Notes: a model not told the origin generated them from the sequence alone. Shown: positions 1-12,730, numbered from the whole stretch's first letter. The stretch is 54,949 bases of DNA, filler included, from Catajapyx aquilonaris (GCA_000934665.2; 3 parts of 3 records of this genome joined end to end with filler, not necessarily neighbours in it), one strand, 5' to 3'. Translations and numbers: made by a program.

Positions 1-284
1 AGAGAGAGAGAGAGAGAGGGAGAGGAGGTGAGGGGGCGTGGATGTCACGGGACTGGACGGGATACCTTCCGATTGGTTCAACGCAACGGCATGCAGTCCG
101 ACTTCAACATTTTTTGAAGCCGGCAGCTCGCTCTTCCAACGGCCAAATGCGGCTTTGTGCTGCGCGTTGCCTGTGCTTGCCGTCCGGCGTTATAACGAGA
201 AAAGCGAATTCGTAAAACAGCCTTTATAACAATGTGATAGCTCATACTTGAATTAATTCCTGGAATTTTTCTTAGATAACAATT

Positions 285-532
285 GAGGCGCTCAGAGGAA
301 AAACGGCATATCCCAACCAACCTCCGATTTAGATATTGTAGTCCTTTTGTACTCTCCTTCCATCTACCTTTCATGTGCTGAAGTCCCAAATGAATTGGGA
401 TATGCCAAAACTCACATATTCCACTTGTAAAATTGGTCTGCAATGGAAAATCCTATTCTCTTGCAACACAAAAAGCAGTTTATCCCAAAATGAACTCCGG
501 TTGGGATATGCCGTTTTTCCTCTGAGCGCCTC
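285..532. mobile_element. MITE with perfect 34-bp TIRs (GAGGCGCTCAGAGG...) and AATT flanks; Sola-like
   Basis: 281-318 is the exact reverse complement of 499-536. GAG...CTC termini with 4-bp AATT on both sides; AATT is palindromic, so the TSD call is not independent of the TIR. Confidence 0.75.
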
Positions 533-769
533 AATTCTAAAAGGTCAAAAAATATAGATTCCAATGCCAAGGGGATGCAAAGGTGCTTTACAGACACATG
601 CAAACAACAAAAGCCATGAGGGCAATGAGGACCAATTTGCTTACTGGGCCCATGAATACCAGTGAGGTGCCCATTAATAACAAATAATTGGTTATACTTT
701 ATCCCACATGAATGATCAAATCCACAAACACACAAGATGTTAAACAAAAGGATTTACTGTATTGCTTAC

Positions 770-1006
770 CGCTTTGAAAAACTAACACTTTCCGTCCTTA
801 AAGACTTGTCCTGGATTATAAGGTAATCCAGAAATACGGTCCATATGTCAAGGCAAGTGTAAAAGCCTTCCATTGTTGGCTGTTGGAAGGTGTACTTAAA
901 TAACAACGCCAAAAACTCCAACATAGGGAAACACTTGTTGCCTTCAAATCGTTTCAAGTGAGCATTAACAAAGAGGTGGAGGAACTCCGTGAACTTTTCC
1001 ACATAC
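770..1006 (-). CDS. XPO6: Exportin-6, coding exon 7 (YVEKFTEFLHLFV...FKYTFQQPT...CLDIWTVFLDYL...); gene continues beyond the window start
   Basis: Matches YIEKFTDFLRLFV..FKYTFHQPT..CLDIWTLFLDYL. TTGCAG acceptor, CG|GTAAGC donor; phase 2-2. Confidence 0.95.
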
Positions 1007-1266
1007 CTGCAACAGAAATAAATGAATTACTCCTCATTTTCACAATTCACATTTCCAAACATATTCATAGCAGCTCTCTTCTGATGGTGAAAAAACATGT
1101 GCAAAATTTAAAATTGAGCACAACAACTCTTCGCTGTGTAAAAATATCTACAACCAGGGACGTTACAGGGTCAATCCATGGAAATAGGAACACAACTGCC
1201 TGAAAGTTGCATACTGTCAGGTGAAAAATTGCTGATTGGAAGCATTTGATCCTGGACCATAATATA

Positions 1267-1390
1267 CAGGGTGAAGAGAAACTCGCAGACAATCGCCAGG
1301 TAGACAGATAGTAATCGTAAAACTAATATAGGGATGTGCAATTAGTTTTGGGCTCCGTTGCATAGTTAATGCGTATGGCGCCATCAAAGT
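1267..1390 (+). mobile_element. Tc1/mariner-type terminal fragment (TA|CAGGGTG...), second copy at 47028-47151
   Basis: About 125 bp closely similar between the two sites, both starting TA-CAGGGTGA. Confidence 0.65.
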
Positions 1391-1413
1391 GCTCTAGCAC
1401 TGTCTAGCAATAA

Positions 1414-1782
1414 GCGAGTGCGTGGTCGTGCGTAACACCGTCAACAATCGTGAAATGTTGGGGTAAAAGCTACATCAAGGGGTCGGCAGTGTCTGTTTTG
1501 GGGAGTGACCAGGACGCCGAAGACTCAGATGACCCTGACAACCTGTCTGTGTGGAGGTCTGTCACTGAAAGCACCGGCGTGGGGTCCACCGGCGTGCCGG
1601 ATGAAATTACCTTCCACGATTTTGTAGCGACAGATGACGACGTACAGGTGCGCCAGGAGTTGACAGATTCGGACATACTTGCGGGGGAAATAAAAATAAC
1701 AAATCTTGATTTAATGAAACTCCATTATTACAAAAACATTTGCCCGGTCCCGCCGGTTTCGTTGTAACAAGATTTTACCGGT
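1414..1782 (+). mobile_element. pogo/Tigger transposase C-terminal remnant with decayed right end
   Basis: Frame reads ASAWSCVTPSTIVKCWGKSYI...FHDFVATDDDVQVRQELTDSDIL, matching the pogo/Tigger motifs AW..VT..TI..CW.K and F.DFV..DDD....ELTD.EI. Ends in TTCGTTGTAACAAGATTTTACCGGTA, resembling a pogo TIR. Confidence 0.7.
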
Positions 1783-1844
1783 ATCAAGATTCAGAGTGGA
1801 TGGCACAGACACACATCTTTAAACTCGACTCTGCCTGCCATCAT

Positions 1845-2144
1845 AATAATAATTGATACCCCATTATCAGCCCTTTAGGCTTTATTAGGGGGGGATTTCT
1901 CCCAATTTTTTTGTCTGGGACTCTTTCCATTTTTACTATACTTTTCATCGGAATTGAGGCAAGGATAGGTAAGGAAGGAAGCAGCTGTGGCCTATAATTA
2001 CGGTAACGACCCCGGAATTATCCTGCGATGACCATGGGAAACCACAGAAAACCATGATCAGGGTCGCCGGCCTCCGGGATTCGAACCCAGGACCTCCCGA
2101 TTAGCAGTCGGACACCATACCACTACACCACTACTGCTTCGGTG
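1845..2144 (-). mobile_element. tRNA-derived SINE, family 1
   Basis: A box TGGTGTAGTGG, B box GGTTCGAATCC, central GGTTTTCTGTGGTTTCCC...AGGCCACAGCTGCTTCCTTCC block and short (TAT) tail. 16-bp TSD CTCTGCCT(G/A)CCATCAT at 1829-1844 and 2145-2160. Confidence 0.85.
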
Positions 2145-2368
2145 CTCTGCCTACCATCATTGAATGATCCTAACCCCATATTGGCAGATGCAACTCTGCT
2201 TCCTGACCAGGGTTGACTTTGGGTCCAACTCCACTCCATTGAACTGCCATTGCATATGAACTGGGGGGTAACCCCATCTCATCTTCAAATCAACCCTGAC
2301 TCCATGTTTAAGAATCCATTTAGTACACAGACCAGCCACCTGACACATCCAGCCTAGCCCTGTGTTGA

Positions 2369-2495
2369 TGGTAGTTTAATATAAAAGTCTCCGCCATGCG
2401 GGGAATTTGTCGCTGGCAGTGCTGAGGTAGTGGGAGTTCCCAGTGGCCAGTGCCAAAATCCTCCACATGGCAGAGACTTTTATATTAAACTACCG
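2369..2495. mobile_element. Short hairpin MITE
   Basis: GGTAGTTTAATATAAAAGTCTC.GCCATG is inverted at the other end; arms are about 40 bp. Confidence 0.65.
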
Positions 2496-2791
2496 TATCG
2501 TATGTGTGTCAGGGGTCTGACACAGACCCTAAAATAAGGTCTATTCCAAGGATGCATTAGAAGTATAGGGAGATATTTGGTGAGAACCAATATATTACGA
2601 ATGGAAAAACTTGCCCTTCCATTTGTGTGATTGGTTCTCACAAAACCACCACCCATACTTTCATTGCAACTTCTGCATTAACACCTGTTCACCAATATAT
2701 TACTGCTGTTTGCACTCAGATATTACACTATCTGAACCCACAATTATTTAAAGTACAAATGAATGTTTCATTGAAATAATTCTGCACTTAC

Positions 2792-3000
2792 GTCTCTTCC
2801 AACCGATTCAAGCGGCTGTGAGTGGAGGGTACGTCCACATCTTGAACCAAACGCTGTAGCAAATGGAATGTGTTTTGGAACATCTGAAGCAAGAAGGCTT
2901 GAAAATCAGCTGGAACGCAGGTTTTGTACAGGAGTTCATTTATGGTGCCCATGGCCAAAACACCTAGTGAGGTGTCTGAACATCGATCCTTTTTGTCATG
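2792..3000 (-). CDS. XPO6: Exportin-6, coding exon 6 (HDKKDRCSDTSLGVLAMGTINELLYKTCVPADF...RLNRLEET)
   Basis: Hand-translated; matches LGVLAMSCINELMSKNCVP..FEEYLLRMFQQTF. TTTTAG acceptor, AC|GTAAGT donor; phase 0-2. Confidence 0.94.
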
Positions 3001-3206
3001 CTAAAATAAAATTGTCATTAATTAATAATATGACAGCCATTTCACTAGAACTATTTGACCTCACTACACAAAATATGCCTAGTGTTGCTACGCTGAGTAA
3101 TCATGAAAGAAGTAGCACCGTATTTCAGTTCAGTCCATTCCCTAAGACTACCCACCAGGGAGTTAATTCACTAATGGAGCAGAGATGCCACAGGGTAGCT
3201 GATATA

Positions 3207-4058
3207 CAGTGGTCAGACAAAATAACGGGGCCCCCTGCAAAAAGGGGGTGAATTTTCTCCGCCATTGTATTCGAAAACTGGAAAGGCTACAGCGATAACC
3301 TCACACAAAACGAGAGGAGGGGAAGAAACAAACGACCCCCCCCCAGACCCCATTTTTGACGAAAGTGTCCCACCCTTTTCATTTGAAAATGAAAACAGTT
3401 CCAGATATGAACTTTACTGAGTTTTGAAGCTCTATCGATGTCACTTGTGTGGAATACAGATGGACCAAAATTACCAACAGGGCAGGAGGAAAAATAGAAA
3501 TGGCACACCCCTTCCCCGGCACTGCTTGAATGAAAACAACGGAAAATTTTCGTCCCATCGCTAGTTAATGCTAACGTAGCAGTACCAGTGCCAAATATGG
3601 TACTGGTAAGTTAGTAGTAACTAGCAGTGCGATGAAAATTCAACCCAAACTTACTATGCATTATTTTGTCCAACCTCTTCTCAGATTTAGTGCCAGGGAA
3701 GGGGGGTGCCGTTTCTATTCTTCCTCCCGCCCCGTCAGTAATTTTCGTCCATCTCTATTCCACACAAGTGACATCGATGGAGCTTCAAACCCAGTCAAGT
3801 TCATATCTGTAACTGTTTTCGTTTTCAAATGAAAAGGGTGGGACACTACGGTCAAAAATGAGGTGTGTGTGGGGGGGGGGGGGGNAGCGTTCGTCTTTTG
3901 TTTCTCCTCTTGTGATTTTGTGTCATCTTCATGTCTGTAAATGTACATCGACAGAGCTTCAGAAATCAGTAAAGGTCATCTCTGCAACCTTCCCAGTAAA
4001 ATGGAGGAGAATATTCACCCGCTTTTTGCAGGGGCCCCGTTATTTTGTCTAACCCCTG
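3207..4058. mobile_element. Tc1/mariner-type foldback MITE with long diverged arms
   Basis: TA|CAGTGGTCAGACAAAATAACGGGGCCCC ... GGGGCCCCGTTATTTTGTCTAACCCCTG|TA. Inverted similarity extends more than 300 bp. Confidence 0.8.
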
Positions 4059-4578
4059 TACATCCTTCCTAACAGTTGAGTATATACAGGGTGATCCAAA
4101 ATACTTGACTAATGTGGCTCTATGTTGACACTACGCTGCTTATTTTAGAATTACTTTTAATGGTCATCAAAGGTATTAGCTGCTAACATCAGGTTGTGTG
4201 TACCCAAGAGAGTCCGGCCTGCACAAGGTTGGTTCTGTCATTGACGTGTGATGTCAACTGTTCAAATGGGCCTTTCCTAATCAGAAATATTTTGCAGGTC
4301 AGAGCTGGTCAGAGCATAATTTTAGGAACTAATACTTTTGATAGCCATAAAAGTAACTATGCCAGTGTAAGATTTAAAAAGCAGCTTATGCCAACCAATA
4401 GCCATATTAGTTGGACAAGTATTTTCGATCACCCTGAATGTGCACATCAGAAACAATCAGTTATCACCTTGGGACAGAACCTAGAATCCTTCCATCTCCC
4501 TGAGCATGCATTACCACAGTGGCACTCTACCTCCTGTCTAGAGGAAACAAGATCGGAAGATTTTAGAAGTTGTCTTAC

Positions 4579-4787
4579 CTCTATATCAGCACCTAAACTG
4601 GCAAAATGAAAAACGGCAGTAAGAAGGCTTGTGGTGATGCATGAAGACAGTGGAATCCAAGAGAAAAGATGTGCCAAAACTCTTAGGGCACCAGCACACA
4701 CATTGGTGCTTCCTTCATCAAGTTGCGATATACTTGAGAATGGATTATTGTTTCCCAAATTGCGAAACACTGTGTTGATTAGTGATC
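4579..4787 (-). CDS. XPO6: Exportin-6, coding exon 5 (GSLINTVFRN...LAHLFSWIPLSSCITTSLLTAVFHFASLGADIE)
   Basis: Conserved LAHLFSWIPLS..IT.SLLT..FHFA..G.DI. Donor GAG|GTAAGA, phase 1-0. A second in-frame acceptor (exon start 4769) is possible. Confidence 0.9.
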
Positions 4788-4845
4788 CTATTCAAAGAAC
4801 AGTCATTGTTACAGCATCTCTTTCATCCATATGTAAATTACATAC

Positions 4846-4968
4846 CTGTATGCAATGGTGATGTGCTAAAGAGGGAAATATCTGAAGAATGATCACCATG
4901 AGTCGGCGAAGGTGGTGGCGTTGGAGTGACAAGGTGCTTCTGTTTTTCCACCACTGAGACCAAAACTC
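4846..4968 (-). CDS. XPO6: Exportin-6, coding exon 4 (GVLVSVVEKQKHLVTPTPPPSPTHG...SPLHT)
   Basis: Hand-translated; the ORF track shows other frames here. Contains the conserved TPPPSPT motif. TTGCAG acceptor, G|GTATGT donor; 123 nt, phase 1-1. Confidence 0.92.
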
Positions 4969-4987
4969 CTGCAATTTGCCACAATGT

Positions 4988-5410
<423 letters not shown>

Positions 5411-6161
5411 TGCCACAATGTATACAACTATCTATAAACTGTACAAAACAGAAAGTTTGTATGTTCAGAAATTCTACCCCACTTCTGGACTACCTACGGA
5501 GCTGATAATTGGCACGCAGATGTCTATGGGTTTCAAGTCATCAACTAAGTCCCAAAACTGAACAATTTTTGTCTTAAGACTCCCTTTTTAAGATTTCGGC
5601 AGATTAAGCACTCTAACACAGATATGCCAGGAAAAGTTTTTGAATTTTTGAACTTCATTTGTTTCTATACGTTCAAATTAGTTCCCAAAACACAAAAATC
5701 GAGATCAAACCTTTTTCTGAATTCTTGTTTGCAAGAAAATGGTAGTTCCCTATAATTATGGGATGTTAGGAAAATGTAACCTAGTATGGCTATCATAGTT
5801 GCTGATTACAGTATCATGGCAACAATGACATTCAGCAATATCCATAGTTTCATAATATCACCAACGATTGATTGTTGTCGATTGCATTACCATGGAAACA
5901 GGCCGTGCACAGAAGGGGTTGTAATTGAGTCACAATCAACAACAATCAAGCATTGTTGCAACGGTTGCCATGTTAACCAATTGCCATGTAATCTCATTTT
6001 AATTATATGAATTCACTACAATACAGTTCAACGAAGCATACAAGTTCTGCACACATACTTTACTTGTCCAAATGTGGGTGCATTTGCCTCTAGTGTTCCC
6101 CAGAGGGGACACCAGATTTCAACCCCACCCTCAGACAAGGAAAGTAAAAAATATGCCTATA

Positions 6162-6760
6162 CAGTAAAACTTCCATAAGTCGAACTTCCATAAGTCGAAC
6201 TTCCCTAAGTCGAAGTGCTCTATAAGTCGAAGAAAATGATGAGCTTGGTTGGTCACAATGTAAAATAATAGGAAATAAACTTCCCTAACTCGAATTTCTA
6301 TAACTCGAAGTTCTCCATAACTCGAAGTGCAGGCAGGGCCTTAGGATGGGATATCAATGCATTTTCAGTCTCCCTAAGTCAAAGTTCGTATTAGTGAACA
6401 CGGAAAATTTTCTAATTTCCCAGCCGAAGGGTCTAGAGTAGGCCACATGTACAGAAAGGCTCAATTTCCTGATCTCCGTCTACCAGAGGTACCGAAAGAA
6501 GTGTTTGACTCTATTGTGACAATTGAATCATTGAATCTAAGAGTATAGGTAAATGTCCATAACGGAGTTTTTTTTACAACAAAACAACGAGGAACATTGT
6601 AAGTGTGATAATGACAGTTATTTTTAAGTTTTGAACACCTTTCGTCGCTGGATATAAAGGTAGGCTTCTTATAGAGATCTGTGCTTTAAAAAAGCCAAAC
6701 TTCTCTAACTCGAAGTTTTTTCCTGGTCCCATGGAGATTTGACTTATGGAAGTTTTACTG
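6162..6760. mobile_element. pogo/Tigger-type MITE
   Basis: TA|CAGTAAAACTTCCATAAGTC ... GACTTATGGAAGTTTTACTG|TA, with subterminal TAAGTCGAA/TAACTCGAA repeats. Confidence 0.85.
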
Positions 6761-6937
6761 TATTTCCCCATCGACATCATCATTCATAAGTTTTCTAAGT
6801 ATTACAAACTATAAATAACTCATAACACTAATCAATATTCAAAAATTAATTACTAATCATATTCAGAACGTGAAGGTGCAGCATTTCCTGCTTTAATATT
6901 CAAACACCGGTATCTTAAAAATATGAAGCAATATTAA

Positions 6938-7219
6938 CCCTTAACTAGTGACCTGGAAAATCCTAACACTCATGGTGACCTGGGGTGTTTAAAGACCCCA
7001 GGGGATTTTTAAATATAAATTGCCTTTAATGATAAATATTTGCTTTTTAATTCTTTTACACAACACCTGCAACTGTTTTCTACAATTTGGTTTAATTTTC
7101 AACTCTCTAGCTGCCGTAGAACGGAATTTTAAAAATCATATACCTAACTACAATTAAACATTTCATAACAAAAAAATTGCACCTGGGGTATTGAAAGACC
7201 CCAGGTCACCAGTTAAGTG
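6938..7219. mobile_element. piggyBac-type MITE
   Basis: TTAA|CCCTTAACTAGTGACCTGG ... CCAGGTCACCAGTTAAGTG|TTAA, with internal CCTGGGGT..AAAGACCCCAGG palindromes at both ends. Confidence 0.8.
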
Positions 7220-10061
7220 TTAAGCAGGTTTGAACTTGTATCGCTAGCTGGAACCCTACTGAAGCACATGTGACTACTGTCAGCTCTTTAGCAGCAGAAG
7301 AACTTGCACAAAAAAATTAAAATGTAACAACTGTGCAGGTGGCCCCTATAGGGGAAACTCAGCATATCTGGGTTAAACTTCCAAGCCCATTTGTGACATA
7401 TGAGAACTGCCATCAAATTGGCCTCCAATGTCATTAACCCTGTACCGCGCATTGTGACATAAGAGTAACAATCAATTTGCGCAGGCGCCATAAGCTTCAA
7501 CGTTGGTCCTGGAAACCACAGTGTGGCTTGATGGCACAGTTAGTTTGTTAGATTCCGCTAGATGATGGGCAATGTCGACAAATGATACGGAATTTTTTTC
7601 TTCCCGATATCCTGAATGTGTGCAGTACAGGGTTGAAATACATTATGGGAACTTCCAGCATGGACACCATCAGCCTATCATCTATCTACAGAATTCACAA
7701 TGCATGACTTCCCCCATACACAAGTTGACTCATCACCTATTATCACTTTCCCAGTTCAACAATGAGAGGGCATATAGCAGTCAAAGAGGGTGGGGCACAC
7801 TTCAACGAAGGTGAGACACATGCTGGTTATAGCACCCTGGTGGGCTTTGTCCGTGTGGTGCCTCATCGCCAACGTGCATTTAATACAGTGTGCTACTATA
7901 CTTTTCTCCTGAGAGGGGCAGTAGTGTGCAGAGGGAGAGCCTTTGAGCCAACATACTGGTAGTGGCATATCGCACTACAGCTAAGTGTGTGTGTGTACCT
8001 GTCTTCAATAAGCTGTGGGACCGGAAGTAGTTGTTTTTACTAACTGTGGGGACTTTCACTCATCTGTGGGGACATTTTTCCCACTTCCGGGGCCTCGATC
8101 TTTCTTTGCTTCCGCAGACTTACCACTTGTGTGCACCTTGACAAGATGGCAGTATAGCAAACAATGTAGCGCCGCCAGCGCCAAATTTCACACTAGCCGA
8201 GACACAGTAATTACCCTACCGTATCCATACGGCTAGGGGGGAACTGACAGGGGGCTGAGCGGACCTGTTGCCAAATTTTGGCAACACTGCTGGCCCCACC
8301 CCTCAACTTGGACATAGTAGATAGGCCACTGCCAGTTGGCACCTAGGCTCTCCTAGAGACCCTACAAGCAGAGACTGGTAAAGTGATGTTTTGGCCGTCA
8401 TGGTTGGGCCTCTCACCCCCCTCCTAGCAATGGGCGGGCATGGGCCAGATGTGCTTTACGTAGCTTTCAGGCAAAATATTTCCATTTCTGACTGTGCTAG
8501 TGGGGAAAGATGAAATGTACACACTATTGCTATGTTTATCACATTATTTAGCTTATATCACTTTCTGCAGATTACATATGTGAAGTTGAAATGATGCCCC
8601 CTGCAAATTAGTTCAAAAATAGGGTGTCCTCGAAGTAAGAAAATTAGAAAATGACACACTAAGCAACAAAAAAGTGTACGCAGATTAATAAAATACATGC
8701 ACGAATAGCATGAAAACATAGTTCAGTACAACAATAAAATACAGATGCATAATGACAGTGGTTCATTGACAAATTTCAGGACCTCATAATAATAATAACA
8801 ATAATAATAATACAGTGAAACATGTGTGTAGCGGAATCGCATGGGACCCCAAAAAAGTTCCGTTGCGGACAGGTTTCCGCTATATTAAGATCAAGGACGT
8901 TACTAATTTTGTTCGCCCACGAGACAGAGAGGAAAACGAGGAGAGCAAAAATAAGCACCTTACCTCAATATGGTGCAAAATCATAATTTTGCCTGCTCCA
9001 TTGGACCATCAGCCTGGACTCTGGCAATACGTTGAGCCTTTGTCAACCCCTTCCTTTTCCCTGACATTTTAAAACTGGACTGAACCGTGAACTAAAAGGC
9101 ACCTATGAATCACATGAGTTGCATCTTCTCAGCCCGTCCCACAAGCCGTTTATCGAGTTACCCAACCACGAAGTCCCCTTTCCTCACCCTTTATCTTCAA
9201 GGCCACGGGCCAGTAGCAATTCCAGCAATTAGGAGACACACGGACGGACGGTCCAAAAAGGGTTACTCAGAGGCCTCCTGGGAGGGCCGATAGGGAACTC
9301 AGCTGTAGTTTCTATTTTTGTGACCCGTAGGAGATAATTTGAGCCTTTTGATTTCCGTTATGAACAGGGATTTTCTTTGAAGGGAGACAAAAATCCCTTC
9401 CGTGGGGTCGGACCCCATCGCCCCGGATGCACCCCAGAGCCATTGTTAATGGCTCTACAATGGATCTCTGCCCTTCTGCCATACATAGAAAATACGACAG
9501 TGGCGAGCACAAGGACCAAACATGGCCCCTGCCTGTCACGTGATGAGCTCTAAGCCAATCACGGGCCCGGATTGTCGGCAAATGCCTGTGCAAAGGTTTT
9601 CCAGTCTCTGCTTCAAGGGTCTCTAGGCTCTCCCTCTGCACACTCCTGCCACTCTCAGGGAGAAAGTAGCACTACATGCACGTTGGTGATGAGTCATTGC
9701 GTGGACAAAGTCCACCAGGGGGCTACTTTCCCCATTCAACAATTAGAGGACAGAAGTAAAAGCTACGGTAACTACTACCTAGGCAATGAATAAACTTGTT
9801 TATAGGGTGGTGTCACACATGTCAATATATTCTGATATGATTATGGTAAAGTAACTTTCATCCCACCTTATTTGACAAAATGTCTCATGGCTATCAAATA
9901 GCATGATGAATATGCTTCCAGCTGTGCCAGTGATTACAGCTTACCAAACGAATGCAGACAAAAAATACTATTCTAAAACGTTATTTTCATCCAAACTCTC
10001 AGCAGCCACGACGGCTACATGACAGCCATCACCAATCAAGACTACAGTGTGACCCACTCAC

Positions 10062-10227
10062 CTGTCAAAACAGTAAGAATATATGGCACTTGGTCCAGTA
10101 CAAGGCGGTGCAGCTCATCTTTTCGCTGCACACATAAATTATCTCGAGGACAACCCAATTCCTCTGACGCTGTCTGGAGAAATATCAGGCCTAGTAAACA
10201 TGCGTCAGTATCTGATGAAGTTGCCAA
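10062..10227 (-). CDS. XPO6: Exportin-6, coding exon 3 (LATSS...LGLIFLQTASEELGCPRDNLCVQRKDEL...TVLT)
   Basis: Matches LGLIMLKTTSEELACPREDLSVARKEEL. Preceded by a 53-nt intron; donor G|GTGAGT; phase 0-1. Confidence 0.95.
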
Positions 10228-10280
10228 CTGAAAAAAAATTACTAAGTTTTGGACCACATTTAAAAAATCAAACTTCATAC

Positions 10281-10478
10281 CTGCAATGCATTGCTGAAAA
10301 AATCAGGGTAGAAATGAGGCCAGTCAAGTCGAGCAATATCTACCACCAACTTAACCAACTTGTTCCGGATACAGGGAGGCACTGTTTTATGACATTCCAA
10401 GAGAAAGTCATATACAGTTGTTCGTAACTCAACTCGTTCTTCATCACGCAAGCTCACCCACTGTCTATTTATCACATT
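10281..10478 (-). CDS. XPO6: Exportin-6, coding exon 2 (NVINRQW...IRNKLVKLVVDIARLDWPHFYPDFFSNALQ)
   Basis: Matches the XPO6 motif IRNKLCKVIVDIGRQDWPMFYHDFF. TTTCAG acceptor, CAG|GTATGA donor; 198 nt, phase 0-0. Confidence 0.95.
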
Positions 10479-11079
10479 CTGAAATAGACCATTCAATAAT
10501 TACTAATGCGATCCTTTAAAATACTTTGAATATTGACTCCACTTCAAAATCAAGCTGTGCATTTTTCTGATTCAGTATCAAAAAGACAGCAGGAATAAAC
10601 AATGGTACACAACAGGCATGATAGCCCTCTCTTTTGGTTTTTACTAAAATCACAAAAAGGTTGAGAAATGATGTTTGGTGAATACTGAGGATGGCAGCCT
10701 GTGTGTAGATGACTGAAGTTCTAGCCAAACTTAATAAAATCGAAACATCTCATTTTGACGATGAAAGATCTCAAATCTGAGACAAGCATTTAAAAACTAG
10801 GAAAGGGTATGCATCCTGCCTTTTGCATCACTTGAGTGACACCAACTTCTAAGTTCACAAAACATTTGTTTTCAAACTGCATTTTACTTTTAAGCAAGTT
10901 TCATTGTCAACATTCTTAACCCTACGTTTACAGGCGGTTTTTGCCCTCTTTAGCAGGGGGTTTAAATCTGGAGCGCTGGGGAGAAATAACTGAAACATGG
11001 ACCTCCAATTTCGTGCTCTGTTCATCCACTAGATGTAGCCCCACAGTCTCATAAATATAATTATGCTGCTTGTCCACAG

Positions 11080-11470
11080 AGGGCATGATACCGCCCAGCC
11101 CCCTCACACTACCTATACCGTACACTCCCCCCGTGAGCTTAGCTCTGCTCCCCCACGGAGGGGAATTTGCCACAGGCCCTGTACCTGAAAAGTAGCGCCT
11201 TACCTAGCGGGAAATTGTGAGGCATTTCGGTTGACTCCGATTAGCTGGAGTCTTAAAGGCTCCTGTGGAACAGTACAGGAGGCGTGTACTACTCCAGCCA
11301 ATCGGAGTCAACTGAAATGGTTCACAATCTCCCGCTAGGTAAGGCACTACTATTCTGGATACAGATACTAGCGCTGCCCGTGGCAAACCCCCCTCGGTGG
11401 AGGAGCAGAGCTAAGCTCACACAAAATGGCGGGGGAGGGGGGGGGGGGGTCAGCTGGCTGATACCGCCTT
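11080..11470. mobile_element. Degenerate foldback element (ends approximate)
   Basis: GTGAGCTTAGCTCTGCTCC...TTTGCCAC at about 11133-11173 is inverted at about 11379-11420. Confidence 0.55.
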
Positions 11471-11591
11471 ATGAAGCTCATACATCATCGCCATTCACCA
11501 TATTTCCAACACTGATTCATGACGTTTTGAGGAAGTAGGTCACGACAAAGAGTTCCAAGAATATTTATATGATTGCCCAGTCTCTGTGCTC

Positions 11592-11663
<72 letters not shown>

Positions 11664-11980
11664 TTGGGTAGTGGGGACCTTTATTTAGTTGTTAGGCCTT
11701 GTGTACATTGTACATATGGGTACCTTTTAGCAAATCGCCCAGATCCGCGGGCAGGGTGACTAGGAGGGGATGTGCAAGGTGCAATTGCAATGTCTCAAAC
11801 GGTACATTTTGTGAACTCCCCCAGGTGGATTAGTCTGTCAGAGATTCCACCTGAGACGAAGCCAGAGACGACGTAACTCAGTACGAGAAGAAGGGGGGAA
11901 TGCCCAGGCTTGGGATCGAACCCGGGACCCTTACATCCGTGGGTGCATACCGTTACCGCAGCACCACTCCGCCTCCCTCC
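11592..11980 (-). mobile_element. tRNA-derived SINE, family 3, copy a
   Basis: B box GGGTTCGATCCC and (TAT)n tail. TSD CTGTGCT(C/G)AAT at 11584-11594 and 11981-11991. Homologous to 12182-12551. Confidence 0.85.
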
Positions 11981-12066
11981 CTGTGCTGAATTATGAAAAC
12001 ATTAAGGGCCCCCCCCGCGGCCATGTCGGTTGTATGATCAAACTAGCAAATTTAATAGTCGTAAAA

Positions 12067-12502
12067 AATTCATTGGTATAACCCCGATGGAAATTTCTTT
12101 CACCATCGCCTTAGAAAATGTTTGTAGTTTATATGTTCACGAGTATTTAAGCCACTCTCGTGATTTTTTAATGGCACGACAAAGGGAGGCGGAGTGGTGC
12201 TGCGGTAACGTATGCGCCCACGGATGTTAAGGTCCCGGGTTCGATCCCAACCCGGGGACACCCCCTTCATCTCGTGCAGAGTTCATGAGTCGTCTCTGAC
12301 TTCGTCTCGGGTGGAATATCCTTAGACTAATCCACCCGGGGAGCTCACAAAACGACCACATTTCAGACAAGGCACAGCACTTGCACAGCCCCTCCTGTCA
12401 TCCTGCCCGTGGGCCCGGGCGTTGTAAAAATAGGATTCCAACTTGTAATAACACTTCAATAAAGGTCTGGCAGAAAACCCCTAGGGGTACGCCTATCACC
12501 CA

Positions 12503-12557
<55 letters not shown>

Positions 12558-12730
12558 GCACGACATCATAGGCCAAAGGTCTCATTCATTGTAAACAAAC
12601 GCTTACTGCACGAATGCTGGACTGCATGGATCTTTACACGGGTGGCGTAAATATCCATGGACATATAAACTACAAACATTTCCTAAGGCTATGGTGAAAG
12701 AAATTTCCAGTGGGGTCATATCAATAAATT
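12067..12730. mobile_element. Hairpin MITE interrupted by a SINE
   Basis: Arm GGAAATTTCTTTCACCAT.GCCTTAG.AAATGTTTGTAGTTTATATGT (about 12067-12155) is inverted at about 12642-12730. Confidence 0.7.
12182..12551 (+). mobile_element. tRNA-derived SINE, family 3, copy b
   Basis: Same head and B box as copy a, (TAT)n tail. Perfect 14-bp TSD TTAATGGCACGACA at 12168-12181 and 12552-12565. Confidence 0.88.

Noticed and set aside
78..443. VIKAVLRIRFSRYN as the next XPO6 exon
   Set aside because: Only a superficial likeness to the expected LLTEVLNRIQFRYN. There is no suitable acceptor or YEDAL-like start, and it overlaps CGTTATAAC transposon-like motifs.
2070..2144. tRNA genes (also at about 5340-5410, 11905-11980, 12182-12255 and 43700-43772)
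   Set aside because: A and B boxes are present, but these are SINE heads followed by SINE bodies, tails and TSDs; no complete cloverleaf was seen.
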